Source: Minisyncoccota bacterium (GTDB lineage Bacteria > Patescibacteriota > Microgenomatia > UBA1400 > PJMF01). From it: 61,084 nt of DNA. Position numbers and translations under genes: made by a program. The DNA lies in assembly GCA_029881675.1 (NCBI GenBank), contig JAOUMD010000003.1, forward strand, positions 1 through 61,084. The letters are read 5' to 3'. The notes beneath the pieces are model-generated. The model had not been told where the DNA came from. It worked only from the letters and a program-made list of their open reading frames with translations, and ran no database searches. Below, piece after piece: positions 29,277 through 38,908 of this stretch (position 1 is its first letter; every line of letters starts with the position of its first letter).

Positions 29277-30160
29277 TATTCACCTCGTGTTCTGACACCG
29301 ACAAGAATTGTAGTGTCATCATTTAAAAGTGACTTTCCTTTGACTATTCGAGCAAGGTTAGCATTACCAGCCTTTATAGCTTGTTGAACGCTTTCACGAT
29401 CAATTTTTGCAATGCGCTGATTTGCTAGCACTAGCCTACGCCTGATAAAATCGGCGTTCTTTAGTGCTTTATCTGACCAGAATTGGTCAATGCTTCCCAA
29501 TGGTTTGCCATTTGGCATAACTAGCCCATCTTCAAGTAGATTACCTACCCCATCAGTTCCGATTAGAAAATGATCCAACTCTGCAGTTGGCATTATGATC
29601 GGGATTTGGAATGGAATTGGTTTTTCTGAAAGAAGAGCTTGTGCTACGCAAGGTGGTTGGTTATTTGGAAATGGTCCTAAAACGTTAACATCATCATTAA
29701 CTATGACCACTCCATCACCAATATGAAAAAAGACTGTTATCTGTGGGGTTATGATTACTCCGACAGTCGTGTGCATGAAATACCCTAACGCAATTTCACT
29801 GAAACTTCCTCCTGACATTGTCATCGTCAAGATAATGTTCCGGTATTGCGAAATGATATTTTGCTTAGCTTTTTCCCACATTGGATTATCTGGGTGCAAT
29901 ACATCTGCATGATTAGCTTGCGCTAAACCAACAGACATTGCTGCTTGATATAACACTTCTGGAATAATTAGTGAACCAAGTCTTGCACCAAATTCTGAAG
30001 CAATTGTGACGTGAGGGTCTCCCAACCCGTCACAAACTACGCCGATGATTACACCCCCCGGAAATACTTTCCAGTTGAATGCATCATGGGAATTTTTTGG
30101 TACGTTGAGATGGTCACTGCCTACCGTAGAACCTCCAGCAATTTTAAATGCTTGAGCCAT
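29276..30160 (-). CDS. PP2C-family protein phosphatase
   Basis: G.DH....NSHDA, VCDGLG, HIGDG, GTDG and DDTT motifs; GGAGG SD. Confidence 0.88.
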   Translation of the reverse strand: MAQAFKIAGGSTVGSDHLNVPKNSHDAFNWKVFPGGVIIGVVCDGLGDPHVTIASEFGARLGSLIIPEVLYQAAMSVGLAQANHADVLHPDNPMWEKAKQNIISQYRNIILTMTMSGGSFSEIALGYFMHTTVGVIITPQITVFFHIGDGVVIVNDDVNVLGPFPNNQPPCVAQALLSEKPIPFQIPIIMPTAELDHFLIGTDGVGNLLEDGLVMPNGKPLGSIDQFWSDKALKNADFIRRRLVLANQRIAKIDRESVQQAIKAGNANLARIVKGKSLLNDDTTILVGVRTRGE

Positions 30161-30500
30161 ATCATACCTCCGTAAACTTTCGTAAACTTATTAATCTCCA
30201 TTTGTTAATGTGCCCCCATTGCTTACGCAGAATTGTGTAATTTATGCAATTGGGTTACATTCCCCCTCACCCTTATAGCCCGTAGACTACAACTCCTCAA
30301 AAGAGAGGAGGTTAAGGTTTGGGATTTTTGTTAGGTACATACATACCTAACGTTCACTCAATATCCTTATTCTCTATGTTACTGTGTTAGCAACACTTCA
30401 AATTTAGAGTATGAGCTAATTTTATTATCTATTTTTTAATAAATAACAAAATTAGGTGATACTCTTTGATTATTCTTTAACACATCAGGTGTGTAGAACG
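30161..30500 (-). ncRNA. Candidate ~340-nt structured leader RNA of the operon
   Basis: At least six stem-loops, several with G-U pairs only on the minus strand; C(UACG)G tetraloop; boxA-like GCACATTAACAA. Confidence 0.6.
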
Positions 30501-30507
30501 ACTCGCT

Positions 30508-30536
30508 ATTTTCTCATTATAGGATAAAAAAGTCAA
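30508..30536 (-). promoter_or_regulatory. Probable operon promoter
   Basis: TTGACT-N17-GAAAAT; 29/34 identical to the promoter region at 2697-2730. Confidence 0.55.
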
Positions 30537-30578
30537 CTCTTATATTTATAAGAAACTATTTGTCCTATCAATGAATAT

Positions 30579-31778
30579 TTAGTGTACTTTTTTAAGCAAC
30601 AATATACTTCTTCCTTTATGTCGTTCTCTGTACACAACATTGAAAGAATCCATTTTGGATACTATATCTTCTATTCTGGTAATTACAGTTGAACTGGAAG
30701 CTAATAAAGTTTGTCCATCTTTTTTTAAATTAGAATTAATTTGTTCTAGGTACATTTGATAAAGATCAACATTTTGTTTTTCTGGAATTAAACCAATAAC
30801 AAGATCTGCTTCTTTATCATTAACTTCCAAATCAATTTGATGTTTTGTGGTAATTGATTCTTCAGGGTAATCATATCTAATTAAATTTTCTTTGCTTGTC
30901 TTGAGAGCCAATAAATCTCTGTCTATTAAAGTAATATTTTTTGCTAAGAATTGTCTAGTTATTGCCAAAGGGATATATCCTTGCCCAGGGTTGAAGACTA
31001 TAAAGTTAGTTGGATTGCCTTTAATCTTTTTAAGATATGAGAGAGTTCTTTTTGTATCAAAACTTAATTGATCAAACTCAGGTAAGTTATGGCTAGTCTT
31101 TAAGATAATTTCTCTACCTTTATATTCAAAGCTATTATCTTGTCTATAGAATTTATCTTTATCAGTATCTATTTTGTTGTTTTCATTGGAGATGAAACTG
31201 AAGTGGTAAACATGATGACCTGGCCATGATTTTTGATAAAGTATTTCTATATTGTCATCAGATTCTAGAGAAGTCTTGATAAATTCATTGATGGCATCAA
31301 CTACAACTATGACCACTCTTCCGTCTTTAACTAAATGATTTTGGGCGTCTTTGATAATATGGGTTAATGCTTCTTCTCCAACTTTGGCAGGAATATTAGA
31401 AACTATTAAATCAAAATCAGTATCAGTGACTGAGTTATAGCCTAAGCTACCATATACTTTAATACCTTCAGAAAAGTTGTTTAGCTTTGCATTATCCCTA
31501 CTATATCTAAGAGCCAAAGCATCTCTATCCACCATGTGAATTTCTGCATCAGGACAAATAGCTTTGAGGGTAATGCCAATCGGTCCAACTCCACAACCAA
31601 GATCAAGAACTTTTTTATATTTATTTACTTTTTCAAAGATAAAAGTTCTAAGTAATCTGCTTGTGCCATGATCAATGGTTTGAGAACTGAATAAATCTTG
31701 AGATAAATTAAACTTAAGGGTTTTATCCTCATGTTTATATTCAACAGTTTTTTTATAGTATGGGTCAGTTAATGGCAC
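30579..31778 (-). CDS. RsmC-like two-domain class I SAM methyltransferase
   Basis: LFSS..ID.GT.LL, VLDLGCGVG, VDRD and SNIP; degenerate second domain. Confidence 0.85.
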   Translation of the reverse strand: MPLTDPYYKKTVEYKHEDKTLKFNLSQDLFSSQTIDHGTSRLLRTFIFEKVNKYKKVLDLGCGVGPIGITLKAICPDAEIHMVDRDALALRYSRDNAKLNNFSEGIKVYGSLGYNSVTDTDFDLIVSNIPAKVGEEALTHIIKDAQNHLVKDGRVVIVVVDAINEFIKTSLESDDNIEILYQKSWPGHHVYHFSFISNENNKIDTDKDKFYRQDNSFEYKGREIILKTSHNLPEFDQLSFDTKRTLSYLKKIKGNPTNFIVFNPGQGYIPLAITRQFLAKNITLIDRDLLALKTSKENLIRYDYPEESITTKHQIDLEVNDKEADLVIGLIPEKQNVDLYQMYLEQINSNLKKDGQTLLASSSTVITRIEDIVSKMDSFNVVYRERHKGRSILLLKKVH

Positions 31779-31843
31779 GATAAGTAATTTTTCTGATAAT
31801 TAGGTTAATTTTATAGACTACTTATTATACAGTACTTAATTTT

Positions 31844-32680
31844 TTACTTGAAAATAGAGTTGTAAACATTATTTATCAGTTCTAAACTTTTCTTTGCTCC
31901 ACTTTTTTGTGGATTTAACTCAACAATATCTAGAGATATTGATTGATGTTTTTTTATTTCATTTAAGACTGTAAGTACTTGTGCTTTTGATAGTCCATTT
32001 TTATTTGGTGTCCCAGTAGCACTGACCAACGATTCCATAAATACATCAATATCAAAAGAAATATGTAAGTGTGCAAACTTTTTTGACCAATTTAAAAGTG
32101 ATTTTGCCATATTAGGTGAAATATCATCTGATGAATATACTTCAATATTTTTTTGATCAATATATTTATTTTCAGTTTCTTGTGTAATAAGATTTCCAAC
32201 AAATTTAATTTGTTTTGTAAAATCACTATCATTTAGACTATTAATTAAGGATCTTAACCACATCCCGTGAAAGTTACTACTGGGACTAGTTGTTGGAAGG
32301 TGAAGATCAGCATGAGAGTCAAACATGATTAGGCAAACATTTTCTTGACCGTATTTTTGTATAACGGCTGAAAGACTAATATATGCAACACTATGATCTC
32401 CACCCAGACAAACTAAGGGTACTTTTTTATTCCAATGTTTTAAAATCTGGTTAGTGGCCTGTTGATATTGATCAAATATATTTTTTAAATATTGTTGATT
32501 ATTTGTATCAGCTATTTTAGAAAATGATATTTGAAGAACTTCATCGCTAGGTGTAGTTATTTCCTTAGAGATTGCACTACCACCTTCGGTTACACCATTA
32601 TTTAAAACAGTATGACCATGAGGGGCAAATTTAATACCTAAATTTGACGCTAAAATAACAAAGAGTTTGTTGTGGTTCAT
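31844..32680 (-). CDS. Arginase-family ureohydrolase
   Basis: GGDHS, DSHADLH, HGM, SFDID and ELNP motifs. Confidence 0.88.
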   Translation of the reverse strand: MNHNKLFVILASNLGIKFAPHGHTVLNNGVTEGGSAISKEITTPSDEVLQISFSKIADTNNQQYLKNIFDQYQQATNQILKHWNKKVPLVCLGGDHSVAYISLSAVIQKYGQENVCLIMFDSHADLHLPTTSPSSNFHGMWLRSLINSLNDSDFTKQIKFVGNLITQETENKYIDQKNIEVYSSDDISPNMAKSLLNWSKKFAHLHISFDIDVFMESLVSATGTPNKNGLSKAQVLTVLNEIKKHQSISLDIVELNPQKSGAKKSLELINNVYNSIFK

Positions 32681-33993
32681 TAATACCGGTAGTGATCAGG
32701 TTTAAATGGACCTTTTTTATCAATTCCTAGATAGTCAGATTGTTCTTTGTTTAACTTTGTTAACTTAACTCCAATTTGGTCTAAGTGTAATGCAGCAACT
32801 TTTTCATCTAAGTGTTTTGGTAATTGATAAACACCAACTTCATATTCTTTATTGAATAATTCAATTTGCGCTAAGACTTGGTTTGCAAATGAATTAGACA
32901 TCACAAAAGAAGGATGACCCATCGCACAGCCTAAGTTAATTAATCTACCTTCAGCTAGAAGAATAATCCTATGTCCATCAGGGAAAGTATAGATGTCTAC
33001 TTGTGGTTTTAATTGTTTCTTTTTGATCTTTGGGAATTTATTTAATTGTTCGACCTGAATTTCAATGTCAAAGTGACCAATGTTACAAACAATGGCAGTG
33101 TCTTTCATTTTCTCCATGTGTTCAATTCTGATCACATCTTTACAACCAGTTGCGGTAACAAAGATATCAACTTCTTTGATAACATCCTCTACTCTTTTGA
33201 CTTCATAACCTTCCATGGCAGCTTGGAGTGCACAGATTGGGTCTACTTCACCGATGATAACTCTAGCACCATTATTACGAAGTGATTGAGCACTTCCTTT
33301 ACCAACATCACCAAAGCCAGCCACAAAGGCAACCTTACCAGCAAGCATAATGTCAGTAGCACGTCTGATTCCATCGACTAAAGATTCACGACAACCATAA
33401 ATATTATCAAACTTAGATTTTGTGACAGAGTCATTGACGTTAATGGCAGGAATTTTAAGTTCACCAGCTTTCATCATTTTATATAAATGATGGACACCTG
33501 TGGTTGTTTCTTCAGAAACACCTTTAATTTCTTCAAGTAATTCCGGGTATTCTTTGTGAATTAATCCTGTCAGGTCACCTCCATCATCAAGAATCATGTT
33601 TGGACCAACTTTATTACCTTTTTTATCAGTAAAGTTTAAGGTTTGCTCAGTACACCACCAGTATTCTTTTTCGCTTTCACCCTTCCAGGCAAAAACAGGG
33701 ATATTTTCTTTGGCAATAGCTGCTGCAGCATGGTCTTGAGTTGAGAAAATATTACATGAGGCCCATCTTACTTCTGCACCTAATGCAATTAGTGTTTCAA
33801 TTAGCACAGCTGTTTGAATGGTCATATGTAGGGAGCCAGCAATACGAGCACCTTTGAGAGGTTTCTTCTTGCCATATTCTTCTCTGATAGCCATTAAACC
33901 AGGCATTTCTTTTTGGGCTAATTCAATTTCATCTCTACCCCACTGTGCTAGTGAGATATCTTTAACTTTGTAGTCTTGTTTTGTTTTTGTCAT
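32680..33993 (-). CDS. ahcY: S-adenosylhomocysteine hydrolase
   Basis: [35 protein letters not shown] and GHPSFVMS motifs. Confidence 0.98.
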   Translation of the reverse strand: MTKTKQDYKVKDISLAQWGRDEIELAQKEMPGLMAIREEYGKKKPLKGARIAGSLHMTIQTAVLIETLIALGAEVRWASCNIFSTQDHAAAAIAKENIPVFAWKGESEKEYWWCTEQTLNFTDKKGNKVGPNMILDDGGDLTGLIHKEYPELLEEIKGVSEETTTGVHHLYKMMKAGELKIPAINVNDSVTKSKFDNIYGCRESLVDGIRRATDIMLAGKVAFVAGFGDVGKGSAQSLRNNGARVIIGEVDPICALQAAMEGYEVKRVEDVIKEVDIFVTATGCKDVIRIEHMEKMKDTAIVCNIGHFDIEIQVEQLNKFPKIKKKQLKPQVDIYTFPDGHRIILLAEGRLINLGCAMGHPSFVMSNSFANQVLAQIELFNKEYEVGVYQLPKHLDEKVAALHLDQIGVKLTKLNKEQSDYLGIDKKGPFKPDHYRY

Positions 33994-34031
33994 GTTAATT
34001 TTTTTTATTGTTTGTTTAATTACTTAATAAT

Positions 34032-34979
34032 TTATTTTGTTATAGTTTCTTTATAATTTTCTTGATATCTATTTTTAATTAACTTCCAATCAAAGTGATG
34101 TTCTTGAGTTCCATGTTTTTCTACAGCATATGCAGCTGTTACAGAGGCTAGTTGAACAGTCTTTGTTAACTCCCAGTCTCTGATATAGCCATAGATAAAA
34201 CCAGCTCGAAAGGCGTCACCGGCTCCAGTTGGATCAATCGCTTTGCTGACTTTAGCAGCTGAAATATTGTATGGTTTATATTTGTCTTTTTTAGAATAAA
34301 TAGTAGAACCTTTCTCACCTAGTGTAATGACACAAACTTTTGTTTGTTTGATAATAGCTTGTTTAGTTAACTGGGTTTTTTTAACTAGCATGCCCATTTC
34401 ATAATCATTAACAATCAAAAGTTCACAAGCTTTGAGACCAGTTAATAGATCTTCTTTGGATAGAGCTAAGATTTGTTGACCAACATCAAAGAACATTCTC
34501 TTTTTATATTTGATACATTCATTGGCCTGAATAATCATTTGTTTTGGGTCATGAGGTGAAACAACAAATAGAATATCTTCATCCTTAAACTTTTTTACAC
34601 TGAGACTACTAGCATCAGCCATAGCTCCAGGATAAAACCCTCCAACTTGGCAGTCATTCTTATCTGTTAGAACATTAAATGTTGCAGTAGGTAGATCTGA
34701 ATAATGGACATGAGATATATCCACTCCAAGCTTTTTAAGATCATTCATGTAGGACTTACTCTCGTGTCCTATGGCACCATAGAGAATGGGCTTTTCTTCA
34801 AGTAAAGCCAATGAATATGCAATGTTACCCGCAGTTCCTCCTGGGGTACGTTTTAGACTTTGGACTAAGGTTGAGATAGATAAAACATGGAGTTTATCTG
34901 GTTGAATGAGGTTCTCAAAGAGACCTTCAAAATTCATAATTTGGTCAACGGAAAGAGATCCAGAAAGAAGAATTTTCAT
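34032..34979 (-). CDS. PfkB-family kinase, probably adenosine kinase
   Basis: GGTAGNIAY, NDYE and DPTGAGDAFRAG; adjacent to ahcY. Confidence 0.85.
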   Translation of the reverse strand: MKILLSGSLSVDQIMNFEGLFENLIQPDKLHVLSISTLVQSLKRTPGGTAGNIAYSLALLEEKPILYGAIGHESKSYMNDLKKLGVDISHVHYSDLPTATFNVLTDKNDCQVGGFYPGAMADASSLSVKKFKDEDILFVVSPHDPKQMIIQANECIKYKKRMFFDVGQQILALSKEDLLTGLKACELLIVNDYEMGMLVKKTQLTKQAIIKQTKVCVITLGEKGSTIYSKKDKYKPYNISAAKVSKAIDPTGAGDAFRAGFIYGYIRDWELTKTVQLASVTAAYAVEKHGTQEHHFDWKLIKNRYQENYKETITK

Positions 34980-35029
34980 ACTAGGAAATATAGCATCTTT
35001 GAGGAGTAATCATAACCCAATATATTTTG

Positions 35030-36256
35030 TTAAAACCTAGTGAACAACTGTATGAAGTTTTGATTAGTCACATCAAACCAATATGAGGGTCCTTCCTTAT
35101 CAGAGTCTAATTGTGTTGTGGTGATAAGTAATAAATTTGGGTCTGCCCAACCAGTTACTTCATTAAAAGTATAAGGAATTTCGTGTTCTATATATAGATC
35201 ATTTATATTAATAAAATCATCTTCATCAAACTTTTCACCTGATGATTTAAATATTAAATTATTCTTAGAACTAACATTGTTTTGTTTAATAAAGAAATAT
35301 TTATTTTGAGGAGACCAACTATTGAGAGGAAGTTCTATTGTCATCTTGTTATTGATTGTTTCTGAAAAAATTTCTTGTATTTCTGAATCTTTTTCTTGAA
35401 CAGATAAAGTATATTTAATTCTATTAAATGGCATTTTTTCTGTATCTACGAATAGTTCTATTGCTCCTTCTGGTGAATCCTGTGAAGTTTTAATTACTTT
35501 AATTTCAGGAGAGTTTGAAATTATGGTTTTATCCTCATCACTATTTATACATATGGGAGTGGTACCATCTTGAATTTGCAGATGTTTGCAAATAGAGATC
35601 GGAGTACCCGGATCATCTTTACTTGCATAAGTAGTAGTTCTAATTGTAGTAGGGTTGGTCCAGTTATATAAAATACCAGCGTCAGTAGTGCGTAAATTAA
35701 CACAACCATGACTCATCTCATGCCCAAAGTTATTATGCCAATATGTACCATGCAAACCATAGCCACGAGCTTTAGGGATCTGGTCATTATAGAAATACAT
35801 GACATATGGAACGTTAGGTAAGTAATAGTAATCGTTACCACTCCCTCCAGACATTTTTGTAGCACGTATCTTAATCCAAATTGAAAATTCACCAGTAGGT
35901 GTTCTACCCCACTTGCCTGTAGAGACAGGGGCATCTAGAACGATTTCATTTCCTTCATAGGCATATAATTTTTGTTGGGATAGATCTACATAGATATGCT
36001 TTTCAGATACAGTCTCTTCATCTTCAGTATCTTCTCCTAAAACTTCTGACTGAAATTCTGAATCAAGAATAATAGGAGGGACATTAATTAAGTTGCCAAG
36101 AAATGTTCCTTGGGTACCATTCTCAATAACAGTAGATAAGTTATCTATACAAGAAATAGAGTTAGCACAGGGAGTTTTTGATTTAATAAAAAAGATTAGA
36201 GTAACAATAGTTATTGTGAGAAATAAGCCTGATAAGAAAAATCTTTTTTGCTTCAT
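35030..36256 (-). CDS. L,D-transpeptidase (YkuD) with extra C-terminal domain
   Basis: VDLSQQ, STG...TP.G and HGTYWH...SHGCVN motifs; N-terminal anchor. Confidence 0.9.
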   Translation of the reverse strand: MKQKRFFLSGLFLTITIVTLIFFIKSKTPCANSISCIDNLSTVIENGTQGTFLGNLINVPPIILDSEFQSEVLGEDTEDEETVSEKHIYVDLSQQKLYAYEGNEIVLDAPVSTGKWGRTPTGEFSIWIKIRATKMSGGSGNDYYYLPNVPYVMYFYNDQIPKARGYGLHGTYWHNNFGHEMSHGCVNLRTTDAGILYNWTNPTTIRTTTYASKDDPGTPISICKHLQIQDGTTPICINSDEDKTIISNSPEIKVIKTSQDSPEGAIELFVDTEKMPFNRIKYTLSVQEKDSEIQEIFSETINNKMTIELPLNSWSPQNKYFFIKQNNVSSKNNLIFKSSGEKFDEDDFININDLYIEHEIPYTFNEVTGWADPNLLLITTTQLDSDKEGPSYWFDVTNQNFIQLFTRF

Positions 36257-36287
36257 TTATATGAGCATAGCAGTTTTTTAATATTGG

Positions 36288-36300
36288 ATAAATAGGTGTC
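36288..36300 (+). repeat. 13-bp direct repeat, left of the TA module
   Basis: ATAAATAGGTGTC, identical to 37026-37038. Confidence 0.7.
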
Positions 36301-36410
36301 AGATTTCTGTAAGTAAATCACTTTAACATAGTCATAAAGTTTTAATTAACTGTATTTACCAATTGTTTAAAAGTGCTATTTATGACACAATATTTTATAT
36401 ATTCTGGAAA

Positions 36411-36725
36411 GTGAAAGTGGTATCAATTGATCCACGAGCTTTGAAAGAATTAAAAAAGTTTTCTAATGATGCCTATTTAAAATTTGTAGCTTTATTTAAA
36501 CTATTAGAAGAAGAAGGTTTTTTGTATGAACCTTTGGCTAAAAAGTTAAAAGGACATAAGAACTTGTTTGAACTAAGAGTAAAATCACGGGGCCAGTTTA
36601 GATCTATTTATTCTTACATAGGGAAAGAAGAGATAATTATCTTAACAGCTTTTAATAAAAAGACACAGAAAACCCCTATTAGAGAAATAAACAAAGCGAT
36701 TAAAAGACTACAAGACTATTTATGA
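36411..36725 (+). CDS. RelE/HigB-family toxin
   Basis: LFELR....FR.IY and F.KKTQKTP..EI motifs; GTG 36411 preferred. Confidence 0.88.
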   Translation: MKVVSIDPRALKELKKFSNDAYLKFVALFKLLEEEGFLYEPLAKKLKGHKNLFELRVKSRGQFRSIYSYIGKEEIIILTAFNKKTQKTPIREINKAIKRLQDYL

Positions 36726-37003
36726 AAAAAATAAAAAAAGTTCCACTAAATAAAATAATAAATGATCTTACTACTGATGAAAAGAAAATAGTGGAAGAAG
36801 AAAAGAAGTACTTTAGTTTGGTAAATACATTAAGAAAGTTAAGATTAGAAAAAGGATTTACACAAGAATATTTAGCAAAGAAATCAAATATACCTAGAAC
36901 TACTATTGTAAGAATAGAGTCAGGAGAGCGTAATGCTACTTTAAACACTTTAATTAGTATGGCTCATGGATTAGGTAAGGAGTTGGATATTAGGTTGGTT
37001 TGA
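36722..37003 (+). CDS. XRE-family HTH antitoxin (HigA-like)
   Basis: LR...G.TQ..LA......R..I.RIE.G..N; overlaps the toxin stop; toxin-first order. Confidence 0.88.
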   Translation: MKKIKKVPLNKIINDLTTDEKKIVEEEKKYFSLVNTLRKLRLEKGFTQEYLAKKSNIPRTTIVRIESGERNATLNTLISMAHGLGKELDIRLV

Positions 37004-37025
37004 TGTGAATTAACGAAAGTTCATA

Positions 37026-37038
37026 ATAAATAGGTGTC
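37026..37038 (+). repeat. 13-bp direct repeat, right of the TA module
   Basis: ATAAATAGGTGTC. Confidence 0.7.
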
Positions 37039-37056
37039 TAATGGTAAAATACCCAT

Positions 37057-38262
37057 ATGTCAGAAAAGAATATTCAAGATAAATACAATGAAGCTGTAGA
37101 GCTTTATCATTCTGATGCATATTTGGAAGCTCTTAAGTTATTTGAAGAAATAATAGATAACAATGAGGGAACTAATAGCTTTAGTAGTCAAATTTGGAAA
37201 GCATCTTGTTTGGTTAGATTAGAAAAGTTTGAACAAGCTTTAGAAGTAATTACAAAAGTTATTGATCATAAAGAGTTATCTTTAGATATTAAAAAAAGAG
37301 CTTTACGAGTATTAGCCTTTGTTTATACAAAGACACATGAGTTTAAAAAAGCATTTCTAATTTATGATCAATTAGTTAAAGATGAGGTAGACCCTCGAGA
37401 CTTAGAATATTTACAACATCTTATTGATACTGCTCAAGAAGAGTTTGATTATTATATTAAATACGGATCACTTTCTGCTTGGAAGAAACAAATTAGGGAT
37501 GAGATTAAAACTAATCTTAAAAAGGTAGATCTAGAAATGAAGACTATTTATAGTCCTGCAGTATTACAAAGGATATTAGATTCTTTTGGTGTAGGTCGAA
37601 TTAAAGAAGCTGAATCTTTTCTTTCTATTGGTAAGAACTCATGGATTCATTTTATTAAAACAAACCAAGGTGAATTTGAGTTATTCTCTTTTCCTACCTA
37701 TGTTACAGAAGATGAACAGTTGGAATTGTTAGATAAAAGACTAGAAAGGTTTGGATATATTTTTGAAGAAACTATTCATCGTTTTGATAGATATCATCAA
37801 TTAGTTCAAAAGACTAGGTTAACTAAGATTTCTCCCAAGCAAATTATTGATGATTTTGAATTACTTAAAGATCAAAAGATTAAAGATTTATTTAGAGTAA
37901 CTGGAACAATTATTCATTTTAATTTTGAGAATGATTCAACTATTTGGTCATATGGACTGTGGAGTTTACAGCATAAAGAAACTGATAAAGACTCAAAAGT
38001 CTTAATTGATTCATATAATACTCCAGGTCTTGAAATTGAAGATATCATTGAAGAATTACAAAAGAAAAATCTAGAATATAAATCTTTTATTTTGAAAGAT
38101 GATTGGTTTGAGTTATATTTTTCAGATGGATATAGTTTCCATTTTAAAGCTGATTATGAGTTTCCAGCTATAGAGTATTTATTCTTTAGAGATAATGATA
38201 ATAGTATCCAAATATTTAGTGAGCAAGAGATTTATTATAGTAAAGAGATTGTGGGTGAGTAA
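37057..38262 (+). CDS. TPR-repeat protein with unassigned C-terminal domains
   Basis: About three TPR-like helical repeats at the N-terminus. Confidence 0.7.
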   Translation: MSEKNIQDKYNEAVELYHSDAYLEALKLFEEIIDNNEGTNSFSSQIWKASCLVRLEKFEQALEVITKVIDHKELSLDIKKRALRVLAFVYTKTHEFKKAFLIYDQLVKDEVDPRDLEYLQHLIDTAQEEFDYYIKYGSLSAWKKQIRDEIKTNLKKVDLEMKTIYSPAVLQRILDSFGVGRIKEAESFLSIGKNSWIHFIKTNQGEFELFSFPTYVTEDEQLELLDKRLERFGYIFEETIHRFDRYHQLVQKTRLTKISPKQIIDDFELLKDQKIKDLFRVTGTIIHFNFENDSTIWSYGLWSLQHKETDKDSKVLIDSYNTPGLEIEDIIEELQKKNLEYKSFILKDDWFELYFSDGYSFHFKADYEFPAIEYLFFRDNDNSIQIFSEQEIYYSKEIVGE

Positions 38263-38302
38263 CAGGTCTAACAAGTTAGAACATATTTAAGATTAAATTA
38301 TT

Positions 38303-38899
38303 CTACTCTGACTCAGACTCAAGATGATCACTATAATTTAATAATTCTAAAATGGGGTTATCTTTAAGAACTACTTTATTAACTGAACAGTTCAACATTT
38401 GAAAGTCTTCTCCTTCATCATATTTCTTTCTTAAATCAGAAAGTTTCTCATCGCCAAAAATATTTCTTAAGTAGTCGATAATTGCTCCACCATGGGTGAC
38501 TAATATAATATGAGAGTCATCTTTTGTTAAGTCATCTACTAGCCGTTCAATTCTTTGACCGGTTGCTCTGGATGAATCTCCATACTTAGGGATATATTCT
38601 CTATCATTAGTTGCTTTAATCCACTCTCTTAAAAACTCATTTCTAGTAATATTTTTATCTTCCCAGTTCATTCTTTCTATTAATTTTTCATCTAGCGTGT
38701 ATTCAAGGTTTAATACCTTTCCTATATGCTGAGCAGTTTCTATTGTTCTTTTGAAAGGGCTGGCAATAATTTGGGTAATGGGGTGATCTTTTAGATAGTG
38801 ACCAGTTTGGGTTGCCTGGTTTATACCAAGTTTAGTTAGCCCAGGGTCACCAGCGTGTACTTCTTTCTGGCCGTGTCTGATGAGGTAGATGGTTGTCAT
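38303..38899 (-). CDS. Histidine phosphatase family protein
   Basis: LIRHG, SPF.R..ETA and VTHGG motifs. Confidence 0.9.
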   Translation of the reverse strand: MTTIYLIRHGQKEVHAGDPGLTKLGINQATQTGHYLKDHPITQIIASPFKRTIETAQHIGKVLNLEYTLDEKLIERMNWEDKNITRNEFLREWIKATNDREYIPKYGDSSRATGQRIERLVDDLTKDDSHIILVTHGGAIIDYLRNIFGDEKLSDLRKKYDEGEDFQMLNCSVNKVVLKDNPILELLNYSDHLESESE

Positions 38900-38908
38900 A
38901 TAATCCTT

